Source: the human T2T-CHM13v2.0 reference genome, Homo sapiens
Assembly: GCF_009914755.1 (NCBI RefSeq)
Contig: NC_060942.1
Direction: 5' to 3' (one strand)
DNA: 64,000 bases
Within the stretch, counting starts at the first letter, position 1. Each line of letters starts with the position of its first letter. Both the position numbers and the translations under genes were made by a program. The notes beneath the pieces were generated by a model, which made no database searches, was not told the DNA's origin, and saw only the letters and a list, made by a program, of their open reading frames with translations. Positions 29,988 through 46,360 of the stretch are shown here, one piece after another.

Positions 29988-30241
29988 CTGATAGGAGATT
30001 TCCTATTGTCTGGGTCTGTGGCAGACACCACGCCTACAAATGATCCCTGTGGGGTTTCTTCAAAAACTTCAAATACATAATATGGAAGGAGGAAAAGAGG
30101 AGGCTCATCAACATCTTCCACCTGGATCTTAATGAAAGTGGTGGAAGCCTCAGTGTGGTACTTCATGAGCTGCTCAGGAACATGATGGTTTTTAACTTTT
30201 GCTCTAATACCGTAGTGGTTCTGGTGCTCAAAATCCACTTT
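29988..30241 (-). CDS. CDH19: CDH19 exon 7 (254 nt), EC3 to EC4
   Basis: KVDFEHQNHY...VEDVDEPPLF...SATDPDNRKSPIR; acceptor tttctttgcag, donor AG|GTATGT. Confidence 0.97.
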
Positions 30242-30735
30242 CTGCAAAGAAACACAGTATACACAAAAGAAATGGCTTTAGTAACCCAAGATACTATTTA
30301 GAAAAAAGGTTTTACCTGTTAAATTAAGTCTCAGTGGCCTTTCAGTTAGATTTTTCTTTTTATGTACATGGATCTCTCTGATATAATTGTTAATCAGGCA
30401 TAACAAATCTGGGTGTATTGTCACTTACCTATTTTAATTTGGAGATAAAGTTATACTTTTGAAAGCATAAACATCTAATGAAACTGAGAATTAATTTCCT
30501 AGTATTTAAGATATTTTCCAAAAAGTTTTATTATTAGAATTAAAAAAATGTTCTGCATATAATTCAAAACACTCTGTAATAACTCTCTCATCTCTAAAAT
30601 CCTTGTCTCCATAAAACATAAATTACTGGTTCTCATTTCAATTATTTAATGAGTTAAAAACTAACCAGCTACACAAAATATGTTATGTTTTAATTTTGCG
30701 CTATTCTGCAAGGCAAATAATTTTAACATGTCTAC

Positions 30736-30920
30736 CTTTTTTAATATAACTATTCCTTCTTGAGTTTCATGATTAGTAATAATGTCAAATGTTTGCGAAT
30801 CATCCTCTTCAATGCTGTAATCCATTTCTGCATTCTCTCCTATGTCATTATCATATGCCATGATTGTTCCTATAGAAGTCCCAGTGGGTGCAGATTCAGA
30901 GACAGTCAAGCGGTATAAAC
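30736..30920 (-). CDS. CDH19: CDH19 exon 6 (185 nt), EC3
   Basis: (S)LYRLTVSESAPTGTSIGTIMAYDNDIGENAEMDYSI...GIVILKK; acceptor gtttttaaag, donor AAG|GTAGAC. Confidence 0.97.
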
Positions 30921-30983
30921 CTTTAAAAACAAAATTGGAGGTATTTTGGATAAATACTTAATATAGACAACTTGCAATTATAG

Positions 30984-31294
30984 TTTTTTGTTTGTTTGTT
31001 TGTTTGTTTTTTCGAGACGGAGTCTCATTCTGTCGCCCAGGCTGGAGTGCAGTGGTGTGATCTCGGTTCACTGCAATCTCTGCCTCCTGGGTTCATGCCA
31101 TTCTCCTGCCTCAGCCTACTGAGTAGCTGGGTCTACAAGCGCCCACCACCACGCCCGGCTAATTTTTTGTATTTTTAGTAGAGATAGGGTTTCACCGTTT
31201 TAGCTAGGATGGTCTCGATCTCCTGACCTCATGATCCACCTGCCTCGGCCTCCCAAAGTGCTGGGATTTCAGATGTGAGCCACCGTGCCGGGTC
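30984..31294 (-). mobile_element. AluY
   Basis: Full dimer; TSD GCAATTATAG/GCAATTGTAG. Confidence 0.95.
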
Positions 31295-31361
31295 GCAATT
31301 GTAGCATTCTTTATTTTTGATCTGTAGGGAATCCCGTATCTACCTTTCCCAGTTACTTGTT

Positions 31362-31455
31362 CTTAATCTTTCTTTATTTGTTCTCTTTTTTCTTTCTCTT
31401 TTTCCTTTCTTTCTTTCCTTCCTTCCTTCTTTCTTTCCTTCCTTCCTCTCTCTGC
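31362..31455. repeat. CT-rich (TTCC/TTTC) simple repeat
   Basis: Read directly from the sequence. Confidence 0.85.
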
Positions 31456-32549
31456 CCCCATATATAGTCTCTTTCCCTTTCTTTTTGAAATATAAATATT
31501 TTCTAATCTCCTATTTGAGCATCTATCATCATCTCTCAAATATATCTTAGGAAAGTCTATCACCAATATTATCTCTATTTACATGCATGTCTCCTCAATA
31601 TTCATGTTTTATTTTTTATTGTAACCTTCAACCATACTAAATTAAATTTGACAGAAATAACTTTCAATTTTACTCTAACATTCCTGATACCTGAAGTTAC
31701 TGAATAAATATACATGTGGAATAAAGGTGGGAGAGTCTGCATGCAAATAGTAGAGTTCCAAGAACGATAGTTTGATTTTGAGGGTCTGAGCCTGCATTAC
31801 ATTAGCCATCCTGGAAATGCAAGGAAATATAGATCGAAAGGAGTTGGTAAGTGAATGTAATATAAAAAACATTTTGTAGTCAAAGATGACCTAATTGATT
31901 TGGTCCTAAGAAATAATTGCAGATGTATTTAAAATACATAAATATAACTACAAATTGCTGGGCACTTTTTTTTTTTATTTTTCAGGAGTAACTTGTGTAA
32001 AACTGATATAGAACTATACTATTTTTAAATTATTATTTGCAATTGCATTTTCATCCATGTTAATATATGACATTACTCATGTCAAGCGGCATCAGCAAAC
32101 ATGCAATATTTTAAAGAATGGAACTCCTTAGAATTCTAAAAAGAAGCACATATAATAAAATTCTTCTTTAAAGGGATTCCTAGTTCCTTTAGAAGCATGG
32201 AGGAGGCAGTCACTTCAAAGATTGCATTTGAGACCTTACTTTTTAAGTGGAATAAGTGTTAATTTTTAAGAGCTAATATTTTACTACATTTTTAGAGCAG
32301 AAGTTGAAGACTGACTATATAGTAGTGCTTTTTACATTATAGAAAAATTAAAAGAATTGTTTATGTTATTGGAAGATTAAAAATCACTGACATTAATCTG
32401 TAGAAAACAATTACATTGCCATGAACGTGAAAGCAGATGTTTAAGACTTAAATGTTATTGAGTTGATATTAAACTATTGGTCTTCAAAATGAAAAAGAAC
32501 TGAAATATTTTCTTCAGTCAATATTTTGTCTACATAATTTTCCATACTT

Positions 32550-35120
<2,571 letters not shown>

Positions 35121-36399
35121 GATTCACCCACACTCGTATATGAGTGAAAGTATTAAGAGGAATACCATCATCTCATATTCAGACTTGAGTAATAAAGATA
35201 ATTTTAAAAGATATTTTAAATATTCTAATTTATTCAAAATATTTTAATATTAAAGTCAGGAAAAATCAGAGGGAAACTGAGAAAGGTAGTAGAAGCTTCA
35301 GGATATTTTATCGCAGCAAGTTCCTTGGGAATTTTCCTGTCTTCCAGAGTCTTCTACTTGCTATTTAATAATCATCTGCATAAATTTAGACCAAATTTAT
35401 TTAATAAATCCAGACACTATTTCCCACATATTATATGCCAATTATTTTATAAAGTTCTGGGTATTTCATATTTAACTTGGTGTTCTCCTCTTGCCTTCAG
35501 AGGCCATATTAATGTTGTGGACAGAAGACAACATATGTATCATATACATCATATGTGACACTACACAGAGAGAGACGAAGGTGCAGACTCTGACCCCTTT
35601 GCCTATAGTCCATCCACAGAGGAACTGTTTTCTCAACCCATATAACAGTGGTAATTTTTTAATATGACAAAATTTAAAATTGTGAGATAGAGCAGAAATT
35701 AAAAAATGAGATTTGTGATATTTATTGAAAAATCAAAAGATCTGATAACCTTGCATATGTTGGCTACACTGAGTAGTTGTCTGTATCATTTAGGTGTGGG
35801 CATTTGTGTGTGCGCACACACATTAACAGATATTCTCAAGTCTGTACAACTAATGAATGGAAAATTCAGGGTTTAAAAGCAAATTTGTATGATGCCAACT
35901 TCCTGTGCTTATTCATGGACTCAACTACTGGAAGGAAGTCAGTGAAAGTAGCATTTCACTTGGGCCATTAAAAATGACATGATTTCACTTGACTTTGAGG
36001 AATGGGGCAAGGAACAGAAAAGGATGAGGAAAAAAAAGTAATCAAAAGATAGTTTTGTTTCTGTCTATAAACAATCAATAACTAAGAAATCATGCTATGG
36101 TATATATTTTTATTGGCTCTTTTCTTTGTTCCATGCTAATTAAATTTTCTTCCTAGCATGATAATTACTTATGCTTTCTGGAAGTGCTTATAAATGTATT
36201 CCTGTAGCTAAAACAGTATAACCTGAAAAATAAATTTCCTAGAAAAGAAATTCCTCCAATAATTGCATAAGAAAATTTTACGAAGCATACCATGTGTTTA
36301 TGTTTAGCTTGCAGTAATTGCTTAAATTATTAGAGCAGGTGTGGCCTATTCTGGCTTATAAAGTAAAAAGAAATACAAAAAGTCATTTTTAAATGATTA

Positions 36400-36930
36400 T
36401 CTATGGTTTGCAGAAGAAGGACCCCACAAAGATATCTGTGTCCAAATTCCCCTGAACGCATAAATATGTCACCGAAAGTGGCAAAAGAGAATTAAGTTTG
36501 CAGATGGAATTCAGGTTGCTAATTAGCTGACCTTGAGATGGGAACATTATCCTGCTTTATCCAACTGGGTTCGGTCTAATTACATGAGTGCTTAAAAGTG
36601 GAAGAGGCAAATGTGTGGGTTAGAGGGTTGTCAGTGTGTGAAGTATGTGACACTCCTTGCTGCTTCTGGGATGTGTGGGCTAAATCAAGAGCCATAAAGA
36701 GGCCTTCAGGAATTAAGGATGTCTCCCAGCTTACAGCCATCAATAAAACAGAGACCTTAACTCTATATACATGTAAACTGAATTCTGCTAACCCTTAAAT
36801 GAACTAGGATCCTACAGCAAGAAATGCCTCCCTGAATCCTTTGATCATAACCCAATGAGACCCATAATACATTTGTTTTAAGCCATGAAGTTAGTGGCAA
36901 TTTATTACAGCAAGAATAGAAACTAACACA
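36400..36930. mobile_element. MLT1 (D/E-like) solo LTR
   Basis: gcagatggaattcaggttgctaattagctgaccttgagatggg...tttattacagcaagaatagaaactaacaca. Confidence 0.85.
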
Positions 36931-37116
36931 TTATTCTTTCATTTGTATTTAACATTTAACATGAATTAAAATAATCATACCAGAACAATTGACAAATTTA
37001 TTTTATATAATTTTAGTGTTAATGTAGTGCTTTTAGAATGAAAACTATATAATCTACTTATATTTAACACACTCATATTTATAATGTAATGAAGATGTAG
37101 AATCCTTTTTACTTAC

Positions 37117-37281
37117 TTTCTTTAAATATAGGCTTATTGTCATTAACATCTGAAAGTTTAATTAATACACTTGTTGTTCCAGACAACGCTCCTGGCTGAC
37201 CAATCATGTCCTTGGCTTGAATGATTACCCAATACTCATCTTGCAGTTCTCTATCCATTTTAGAAGATATTCTTATGACTC
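37117..37281 (-). CDS. CDH19: CDH19 exon 5 (165 nt), EC2 and EC2-EC3 linker
   Basis: [17 protein letters not shown]...[13 protein letters not shown]; acceptor tttttaaag, donor A|GTAAGT; phase 1-1. Confidence 0.97.
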
Positions 37282-38034
37282 CTTTAAAAATATAATAAAA
37301 TTCCAATTATTTCATTATTAATCATGACAAAGTTCTAGTTAATTTCTTAACCATTGCAGTATACATTATTTTGCTATATGTTGAACCACTGCAATGTGAC
37401 AGAGACTTCACTAGAGAAAAATAATAAAAAATAAATTAAACATCAACACTGCCTAGAGTCTAGAGTGATCATCACAATATTAGGAACACTGGTAGGCCCT
37501 TAATAAAATACTATGTTAAGATAATCCACAGGTAGAAAAAAAAGAATGTCTTGTTTTTACTTTAACCTATTTTCTGCTATCTCTTCTAACATAATATCGG
37601 CTTGCTACAGTTAACTTTGTCCCCGAAACTCTGAAGTTAGTATATTATTGATAGATTTGTAAATTATAATACCAAATTTATGAAATAAATGTCATGCCCT
37701 TATTATTTTGAAGTCTACTTAGAATTATGAGATCTGAAGAAGACCTGGTTGTTGACCCAGTTATTTTATGTGTGTGTGTATACACATATATAATATATTC
37801 AAACTCAAGATAATTAATGATAAATATTGCAATAAATGCTTAAATTCTATAAAATTATTTAATATACATTTATTAACTATCACTGAAAAGAACCTAAGAA
37901 AATCTTAAGACAGGTTCATAAGAGAGGACTCAACATTTCTAAAGATTTGGGGAACACATAAACAGTCACAAAAAATAAATAATACCCAATACCCAAATAT
38001 ATCAAGGGCAAAATATTCATTAAAAATTGTGATA

Positions 38035-38250
38035 TTAATGAACATAAAGATGGAAACAATAGACACTCAGGACTACTAGAGAGGGGAAGGAGGGAGTGGG
38101 GGAGATAGTTGAAAAACTTCTGATTGGGTAGCATGCTCACTACCTGTGTGTGACGGGATCATTAGTACCCCAAACCTCAGCATCACAGAATTTACCCATG
38201 TAATAAACTTGCACATTTACGCCCTGAACCTAAAATAAAAGTAAATTAAA
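38035..38250 (+). mobile_element. L1PA15/16-L1PB-type 3' end
   Basis: ggaaacaatagacactcaggactactagagagggg...cccaaacctcagcatcac...aacctaaaataaaagt. Confidence 0.85.
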
Positions 38251-40427
38251 GAATACAATAAACTTGTGAAAAAAATGACATATGAGTATAAAATGCACAC
38301 CTGATTTCAAAGACTGAGAACAAAAAATGTGAACTATCTCCATAGTTTTGTATTATTTGTTGAAATGGTAGTATTTTTGATTTATTGGACTAAATTTAAT
38401 ATAATATAATTTTTTAAAGAATTGTTATATGAACTTTTAAAAGATAAATTAGACCATAACATGAGGGGATTTTAGTTGCGGACTAAAGTGTTTCACACAT
38501 GTAATCAATTATTTGAATCCAATGGAAAGCATTCAATATGTTGCACAAGTGCTGCTAGCGTCTCCCTGTATGTGACTCAGGGGAGAGGGACCTAGGAGTC
38601 TTTGTTCCCCATTAACTGTGCCTACTTTGCTTTCAACTTTTCCTCTCAGCCTTTTGACTGAATAAAGGATATGTATTTCTGGATCTTATGCACTTCAGAA
38701 CTTATGCTTTCAGTAATTTAATCCATGTTTGTCGTTGTCCATACCAACGCTTCTCCAGCAATGCAAGTAATAGTTTAGCTAACCTGCTCAGTATAGTTAA
38801 AAAGTCAGTGTGCAGGGTAGGGGCTGGGGGTGGAAAGAAAACATGGTCACGAAGGCCTGGTATGACCCAGCATGGGTTTGTACTCTAGACACCTCCCTTT
38901 CTTCTCTCTTCTGCATTTCTCCACACTGGTGTTCAGTTATTCTAAGAGTTTCAACTCTTTCCCACCTCAGGAATTTCCCTAATTTTTCCCATGCCCTGAA
39001 ATCATCTTCCACTCTCCCTTCCTTGTCTACAGACTCAGCTAAACTTTCTGATTTCCGTGTATTCTGCCTTGACCACACAACATAAAGTCAACCTGACTTG
39101 TTTTCTCCCACTGAAACTTTTTGGTTTTACTTCATAAGTACCTACAGTGGAATGTATGTGTGTATTACTATTCATGTTTAATATCTATCTGTAAGTTCCA
39201 AGAAAGAAGAGTCCATTATTATATCTTGTTTTTGTTACTATTATGTATTGTTTTAAATTTTGCAATTTGTACCTTTATAAATCTAGCAAGTTGTATAACA
39301 TTTGGTACATATTCAGCCTTTCTAGACCTGAATGTGTGAGGGAATTAAAGTCTAATGTTTTGAGGCATTCATTGCATATAATAAAATAATTTTTCTTCCA
39401 TACATTTGAAAAAATAAAGGCCATGTACATTCCTGAGAGAATTAAGAACATAGGTACTCAAATAATATTTTTTAGAATCTGACTCTCTCAAGAAACCCTA
39501 ATTGAAAAAGGCTGAGACATTCAATATTTGCTGAATGAATAAATAAGAAATGTTTAAAGATCCAACACAATACTTTAATTCTTTAAGGGTTTTGATATAA
39601 GCTGGAAATAGTATTTTCCTTGTATTAAAAACCATAGAATTTTACTTCTTTGGCACTTCTCACGTTCTTGGGTGATTAGTTATATATATATATTTTTTCA
39701 GTGGAGACTATAATCTTCTAAAGGAAAAAAAATTACATGGGCCTAATCTTTGTTTAAAACACAAAAATTAATTTTTGTTTAATGAATTAGGGTCATATGA
39801 TTGTTTAAAGAAAAGAGAAAACTGTGTTCTACTTATTTTATATTCAATTGATTAATGCAGATTGGTAGAGCAATATTACAAAAAGAATCAAATATTGTAT
39901 TCATGTAAATCAGAAATCTGTAAAATACAGAATTATTTTTAGGTGAATGTCTCATATCAATGTGTACGCTTAGCCTTATACTCAGACTTAATCTCAGTCA
40001 TTCTGCAGGGTTATGCAGCTGTATTTCATTGTGGTTTTAGTTTGTATTCCCTGATGACTAATGAGGCTGAGCATTTTTAATATGCTTACTGGCTTTCTGT
40101 ATATTGTTCTTTGTCAATTGCTTATAAATGTTTTTTCCCTATATTTTTAAATTGGGTTGCTGGTCTCTTTTTCTAATTCATTTAAAAGAATCTTTACATA
40201 TGATTTAAACCACATACATAAGTAATTTGTGCTATGGACATGAAAAATCCAGTCTCCTAGAAGTATCAGCTAAAAGACTAAAAGTAATTAAATGCTTAGG
40301 AATTGCAATCTTTTTGCTTATTGACATATCAGGACTACTGTAAAACATGTTTCTAAGCAGATAATTTTTGCTGACAATTGCCTTCTTTAGAATCATGTTA
40401 AACTTTGCTTGTTTCATTCACAAATAC

Positions 40428-40547
40428 CTGTTGTTGGTTCAACAGAAAAATATGGCTGGCCTTGAAGTAAGCTGTAGAGGAGACGAGCATTATTACCACT
40501 TGAGGGATCGTCAGCATCACTTGCTGTCACCTGGATAACTAATGTTC
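40428..40547 (-). CDS. CDH19: CDH19 exon 4 (120 nt), EC2
   Basis: [40 protein letters not shown]; acceptor ttctctttag, donor G|GTATTT; phase 1-1. Confidence 0.97.
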
Positions 40548-42169
40548 CTAAAGAGAACATAATACAGGAAATTAAGATTGTGGTTTTATTCAGGATGAAT
40601 TCAGTTCTGTGAAGCGGTCTTTCTTTACCAAGCAAGATGTTGTTACAAAATGAAAGCTCAATTCACCTCCTTGTTCTTAATTGTAAAAGTAATGTATTTT
40701 TTTGTTGTTTTTTATTTTTTTCAGGCAAAAGAATATAACTTTTAATACAAAATATTCCTAATTCCTGTATGCAATATGGAATTTTAAACATGTAGATTGA
40801 TGGCCTAATAAGATGTAGCTATTAAACAATTCATTGTAATGTATAATTTATAAATCATAAACTTTTCCAAGGTGTATTATTAGTGGAGAAATTAAAAGGA
40901 ACTTGGAAATGCTTTTCACCAAAAATTATAGTGTAGCCTGTACCTTAAACAAAGTGGAGAAGGTTGATAAATATTTACAAAGATTATTGAATTGAGCTTG
41001 AAAGAGTATCCAGTTGAGGATAAGGATGGGCATAATTATTCAGCTCCTTTAATTCTCTTCTCTAATATACCTACTTCCTTTGATGAATTTTTTAAAAAGC
41101 AAAGTAAAATCTTGCAGATATTGATAACATAAGCATTCTCATTAAAATTCAGTAACAAGAAATAAAATCATATGGAATAATTATGTATACATTTAAAATT
41201 AGTGCTCAGATTTTTAAAATATTTATTCAAAAATATTGAGTTTTCAAAGTATCTTTCTGTAAACATGGAATTGAATGTTATGGATCTTATTTGAAATATG
41301 TATTTGTTGAAACACTGTTTACTGTGTCAATAAGAATAGCAACACGAATGACACAAAATCAAATAGCTTCTGTGGTTTTGTTTACAACTAGCATCATGAA
41401 TTTTCTCATCGTACCCAATTTTATAAACTGATACACTCTAATAGGAATCCATTCTATACTTCACTAACATGAAACTTTTGCTGTGGCCCTAAATAGTACA
41501 TATTCTTTGCTCTTTTGTCTTAATATTTTTATAATGCTATTTAACATTTGTTTTAATATCATACAGCATATTCTATTGAAGTAGAATTTCTTCTTATTCA
41601 CATAATTTTATGGGTAATACTTTTACCTGATTCAAAATGAATCAGGAAAACTTTTTGCCTCTCTTTTCCAAAACTTATTGAATAACCACTCAATGTGTAG
41701 ACACTTACTAGTTTCAGATGTTTTAAAGTGAATTTATTTAGTAATTTGTGAAAGTTTTTCCAACAAAATAGTTAACAGGGACCATCACTTTCATTGATCC
41801 ATATTGCGCAAGACTTGTTCCTTTAACTATCCTTCTATGCACCGATCCACTTACTTATCCCACATTTCCTCATTATAATTCTCTATCATTTCTTTCCATA
41901 AGGGGTTCCCATCCCTGGTTTCTAGAATTATATTTCCTATCTTTGGCTTCAGATACAATCATCAAAATCATACCATTTTCAGAGTTGACTGAAATAAATT
42001 TTAGTAATATCAGTCTTTAGAGCCCCTAAGCTAGTACTATACAAATGAGAACCAAGAAGTCCAGAAAATGCAATGACTCACAAAAGGTGACCTCACACTT
42101 TGATGATAGAAATATGTCATACAGTTAGGTTCTTTTTTCCAGTCCAGTTTTTTTAGCATGCTTTTTCTA

Positions 42170-43184
42170 TAAAATAAATTTTATTATATATATTTAAGGT
42201 ATGCAACATGTTATGCATATAGATAGTAACATGATTACTATAGTAAAGCAAATTATATCTATCATCTCACAAAGTTACCCATTTTTGTGTGTGCATGGAA
42301 AGAGCAAGTAAAATCTACTCACTCATCACAAATCTCAAATATAATACAATATTATTAACTATAGTCCTCATGTTGTACATTAGATCTCTAGATTTGTTTA
42401 TCTTACTTATCTGATACTTTGTATTCTTTGACTTACATACCTCCATTTCCTCCCTCCTCATATCCCCGACACATTATTTTATTCTCTATCTTTCTATATT
42501 GAACTTTTTTTAGATTCCACATATAAATAAGATCATGCAATATTTTTATTCTGTGTCTGGCTTATTTCACTTAGCATAATGTCCCCCAGGCTCATCCATG
42601 TTGTGGCAAATGGTAAGATTTTCTTCTTTGATGAGACTTAATAATATTCCACTGTAAATATATGACACAGTTTCTTTCTTTATTCCTCTATCTGATAAGG
42701 GATTTATTTAAGAGAACTCATACAACTCAATAGCAAAAAGCCAAATAATCAGATTAAATAATTGGCAAAGAACCTGAATAGATATTTCTCCAACGAAGAC
42801 ACACACAAATAAATGGCCAATGGTTATATGAATGGGTTCTCAACATCACTAATCATCATGAAAATGCAAATAAAAACTACTATGAAATATCACTTCACAC
42901 TTGTTAGGATGTCTATTATTAAAAAGACAAGAGAAGGCAAGTGTTGGTGAGAGTATAGAGAAAAGGGAACACGTGCACTGTAGGTGGGAATGTAGATTCA
43001 TGTAGCCATTATGGAAAACAATATGGAGGTTCCTAAAGAAATTAACTATAAAACTACTATATGACCCAGCAATCCCACTACTGGGTATTTATTTAAAGAA
43101 AATGAAATACACCACTAGTAAAGATATCTGCATTCCCATGTTCACTGCAGACTTATTCACAATAGCAAAGACATGGAAACAACT
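42170..43184 (-). mobile_element. L1MA (8/9-like) with inverted 5' segment
   Basis: 42170-42692 is an L1 3' end on minus; 42689-43184 is the adjoining upstream ORF2-end segment on plus. Confidence 0.8.
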
Positions 43185-43877
43185 CTCATTTCTCTTGATT
43201 TCCCTTTGTATCTGATACCAGTGTGTACTCCTTACACACACCTGGATTATTGTGCCTGCTCAGTAACCTACTGTACACCTGTTCTCTCAGGTCTCCTCTT
43301 GATCACACCCATAGAAAGCAAAGAGGTAGTGACATGCCAGAGCAGGTGAACATTTTTTACTGATGCTTCATTTACTTGTAACCAAAAGTTACTTCTTCAG
43401 TGTTTTTCTCCTGTTGTCTACTAAGTGGAGAATCTAATGTATTCTGTTAATAGATTACACAAAATAATTTCCCTGAGTGTGTAGAAAATCTAAAAGGTCA
43501 AATTCTTAGAAATTTTAGTGGAAAAAATCTGTGATATTATAAATATTCAGAATACCACTCACACATGAATTTGATGGGGATTTTAATTTCTGGGGAAATA
43601 TTTGTTATTCTTTCTTATGACACTTGTGGCATTTTAAAAGAACCAAGGCTATAGAATTGGTGTAATTCAACAATGTTTTAGAAATGCTTACTTTTTGGTA
43701 AGGACTATCAATGAGTATTAAGTGATTCACTCCTTACATTTTTTGTGTGTGAGAAGATGTTTATGTGTATATATAGGCATATATGTATACAGGTAGATCT
43801 AAGTATGGTGTATTTACATATGTGTATATATACATGTATATATACACACATATATTTTCAGTAAATGTGTGTTTTAC

Positions 43878-44150
43878 ATTTACTGAAAAGGTTCCCTGAT
43901 GTTCAGCTCTGCCACCTTCTCATGAAGGGGTTCCCTATATTTGTATAATCTTATCTCTGATTCTCTAGTTGGCTCCACTAGCTATTCATTGCTCCAGGGC
44001 AAATATTCTTGTCTGAACTACTGTAGTTTTGTCCTAGGCGTTTGCTCCTTATTAGTGCAACTCCTGTAGGTATTTTTCTTCAATAAAATTGCCTTGCAGA
44101 GGTTGCAGTGTTCAGACATAGCGCCATTGCACTCCAGCCTGGGCGACAGA
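43878..44150. repeat. Inverted-repeat arm A (copy of 46088-46360)
   Basis: 273 bp, ungapped, 19 mismatches to the reverse complement of 46088-46360 (hand count). Confidence 0.95.
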
Positions 44151-46030
44151 CATGTATCTGTATCTAATCATATATCTATATCTCATATATATATATATAT
44201 AATATATATATTTAAGAGGGCAAAAATATGCAGCAGTATTTCCAAATATTTAGTGCTTGTAGTTTTTCTCTTAATTTTTATTCATGCCTTGGAAATGTTG
44301 GCTGTAAAATTTAGATGAATCTTAGCAATGCTCGATTTTTACAGGACCCTAATTATCTTTGTTTATTTTATTTAGTTGTTTTCTACTTTCTTTTCCCTCT
44401 TTCAGTTATTATTGACACCATGATTTATAAAACACAGTTTAAGCAATTTTAAATCCTCTTGGATTGTTTCTATGTTTTTAAAGAGAATTAAGCCTGTATG
44501 TTTTCCTAATGAGTAACTTGTATTCGGCAGAAATCCTCAAGAAATAGTCAAGTAACATAAAGAGATCACAATAATAATTAAATATAAAAGCAGACAGCAA
44601 TACAAAAATATTTAACACAATTGTAAATATTTATATTTTTATAAAGACTTGTTATTTGTAAGCAAATCAATTTGTACATTCACCTGTAGTTAGGAATTAG
44701 TTTTATCGTCCACATAAAATTGAAAATATTACTATGAAACCAATAAAGTGTCTTTCAGTGGAAATGATCAATTGTCTTATAGTGCCCCTTTCCTAGTTAA
44801 ATATAGGTTAACTAACACTTGTTGGTTTAGACAACGAATGTTTAATTCCTACATAATTTTTTATAAGAACATATGTAAGTATTTCAGCATTTGTCTGTAA
44901 TATCAGAACTGTGTCATGTTTGAGTCATAGTGAATACCACCACAATGCTCTTTTCAAGTACTGGAGGATTTCTAGGCTTATGTAATTACTTCCGTTCATG
45001 TCCTGATTATTGTTTACTGTCAGAATCACTCCGAAGAGGTTTATGAGAAATGCGGCTCCCATCCCCGGTCATCCCATTTCCTAAAAACAACCCACTCATC
45101 ACTATGAATTGCTGTTGTGTTCTAAAATATTATGGCTACTATTCTACATAAGGACCATTGTTTACACAGGCCATATCTGTAACCTCTTGAAACTTTTAAA
45201 ATTGTATTTCCATGGAAAATATATTTCAATTTTTTTATATAAAGGAGAAAAATAAAAAAAACAAAGTACATCTAAAAATCAACTTACATTTGCAATAAAA
45301 ACTTTTTAAAAATTAAGAATAAAAGGAAACTTTCTGAATCTGATAATGAATGCTTTTAAGCCTTGACAGTAATTATATTTAATTGTGAAGAGTTAAAACT
45401 TTTCCTCTGCAATAATAAAAAGAAAAAAATGTTTTTCTGTCACTATTATTTTTTTCGGCATTGTACTGAACTTCCTAGACAATGCAATGAGGCAATACCA
45501 TGCAGTTATAACGCATTTATAGACAGGTAGATAAATAAATATTGGAAAAGAATAAATAAAACTAAATAAAGTTAATAATATTTTCTGCTAGAAACTCAAA
45601 ATATGCATATAGTTACAGAAAAACATTAAATTCATAAATTTAGCAAGTCAACAGGGACACAAATGTTATATAAAAGTGCATTTTTTAATATATGAATATA
45701 TATATATGTATATACTCTGGCATATATATATTCATGAAACCTATTTTAGTTAAATATATAATATATATGAAAAGAAATAAAATATTCAGGAATATCTAAA
45801 CAAAAACTGTAACCTCTGCAAAACAACTAAAGATAAATTAATGATATAAGTAAATAGATGAAAATACTGGATTTAGGAATTAGATGACTACTTAAAAATA
45901 AAAAAATACACAGCTTAAAAGCTAGCTCAATCAAAATCCTAGTGGACTGTATAAATGGTTAACTTGGAAAGACAATTAAAAAATAAGTAAAATTTGTATG
46001 GAAAAACAAGGACCAAGTATGGTCCAGGCA

Positions 46031-46142
46031 TTTTTTGTTTGTTTGTTTCTTTTGTTTTGTTTTTGTTTTTTTGAGAGGAAGTCTCACTCTGTCGCCCAGG
46101 TTGGAGTGCAATGGCGTGGTCTCTGAACACTGCAACTTCCGC
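46031..46142 (-). mobile_element. 5'-truncated Alu (right-arm end plus tail)
   Basis: gtctcactctgtcgcccaggttggagtgcaatggcg; TSD-like aggcattttttg / aggcaattttattg. Confidence 0.88.
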
Positions 46143-46360
46143 AAGGCAATTTTATTGAAGAAGAATACCTACAGTAGTTGCACTAATAACGAGCAAACGC
46201 CTAGGACAAAACTACAGTAGTTCAGACAATAATATTTGCCCTGGAGCAATGAATAGCTGGTAGAGCCAACTAGAGAATCAGAGATAAGATTACACAAATT
46301 TAGAGAACCCCTTCACCAGAAGGTGGCAGAGCTGAACATCAGGGAAACTTTTCAGTAAAT
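46088..46360. repeat. Inverted-repeat arm B (donor)
   Basis: Matches arm A; continuous with its flanking L1/Alu sequence, so it is the likely source. Confidence 0.95.
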
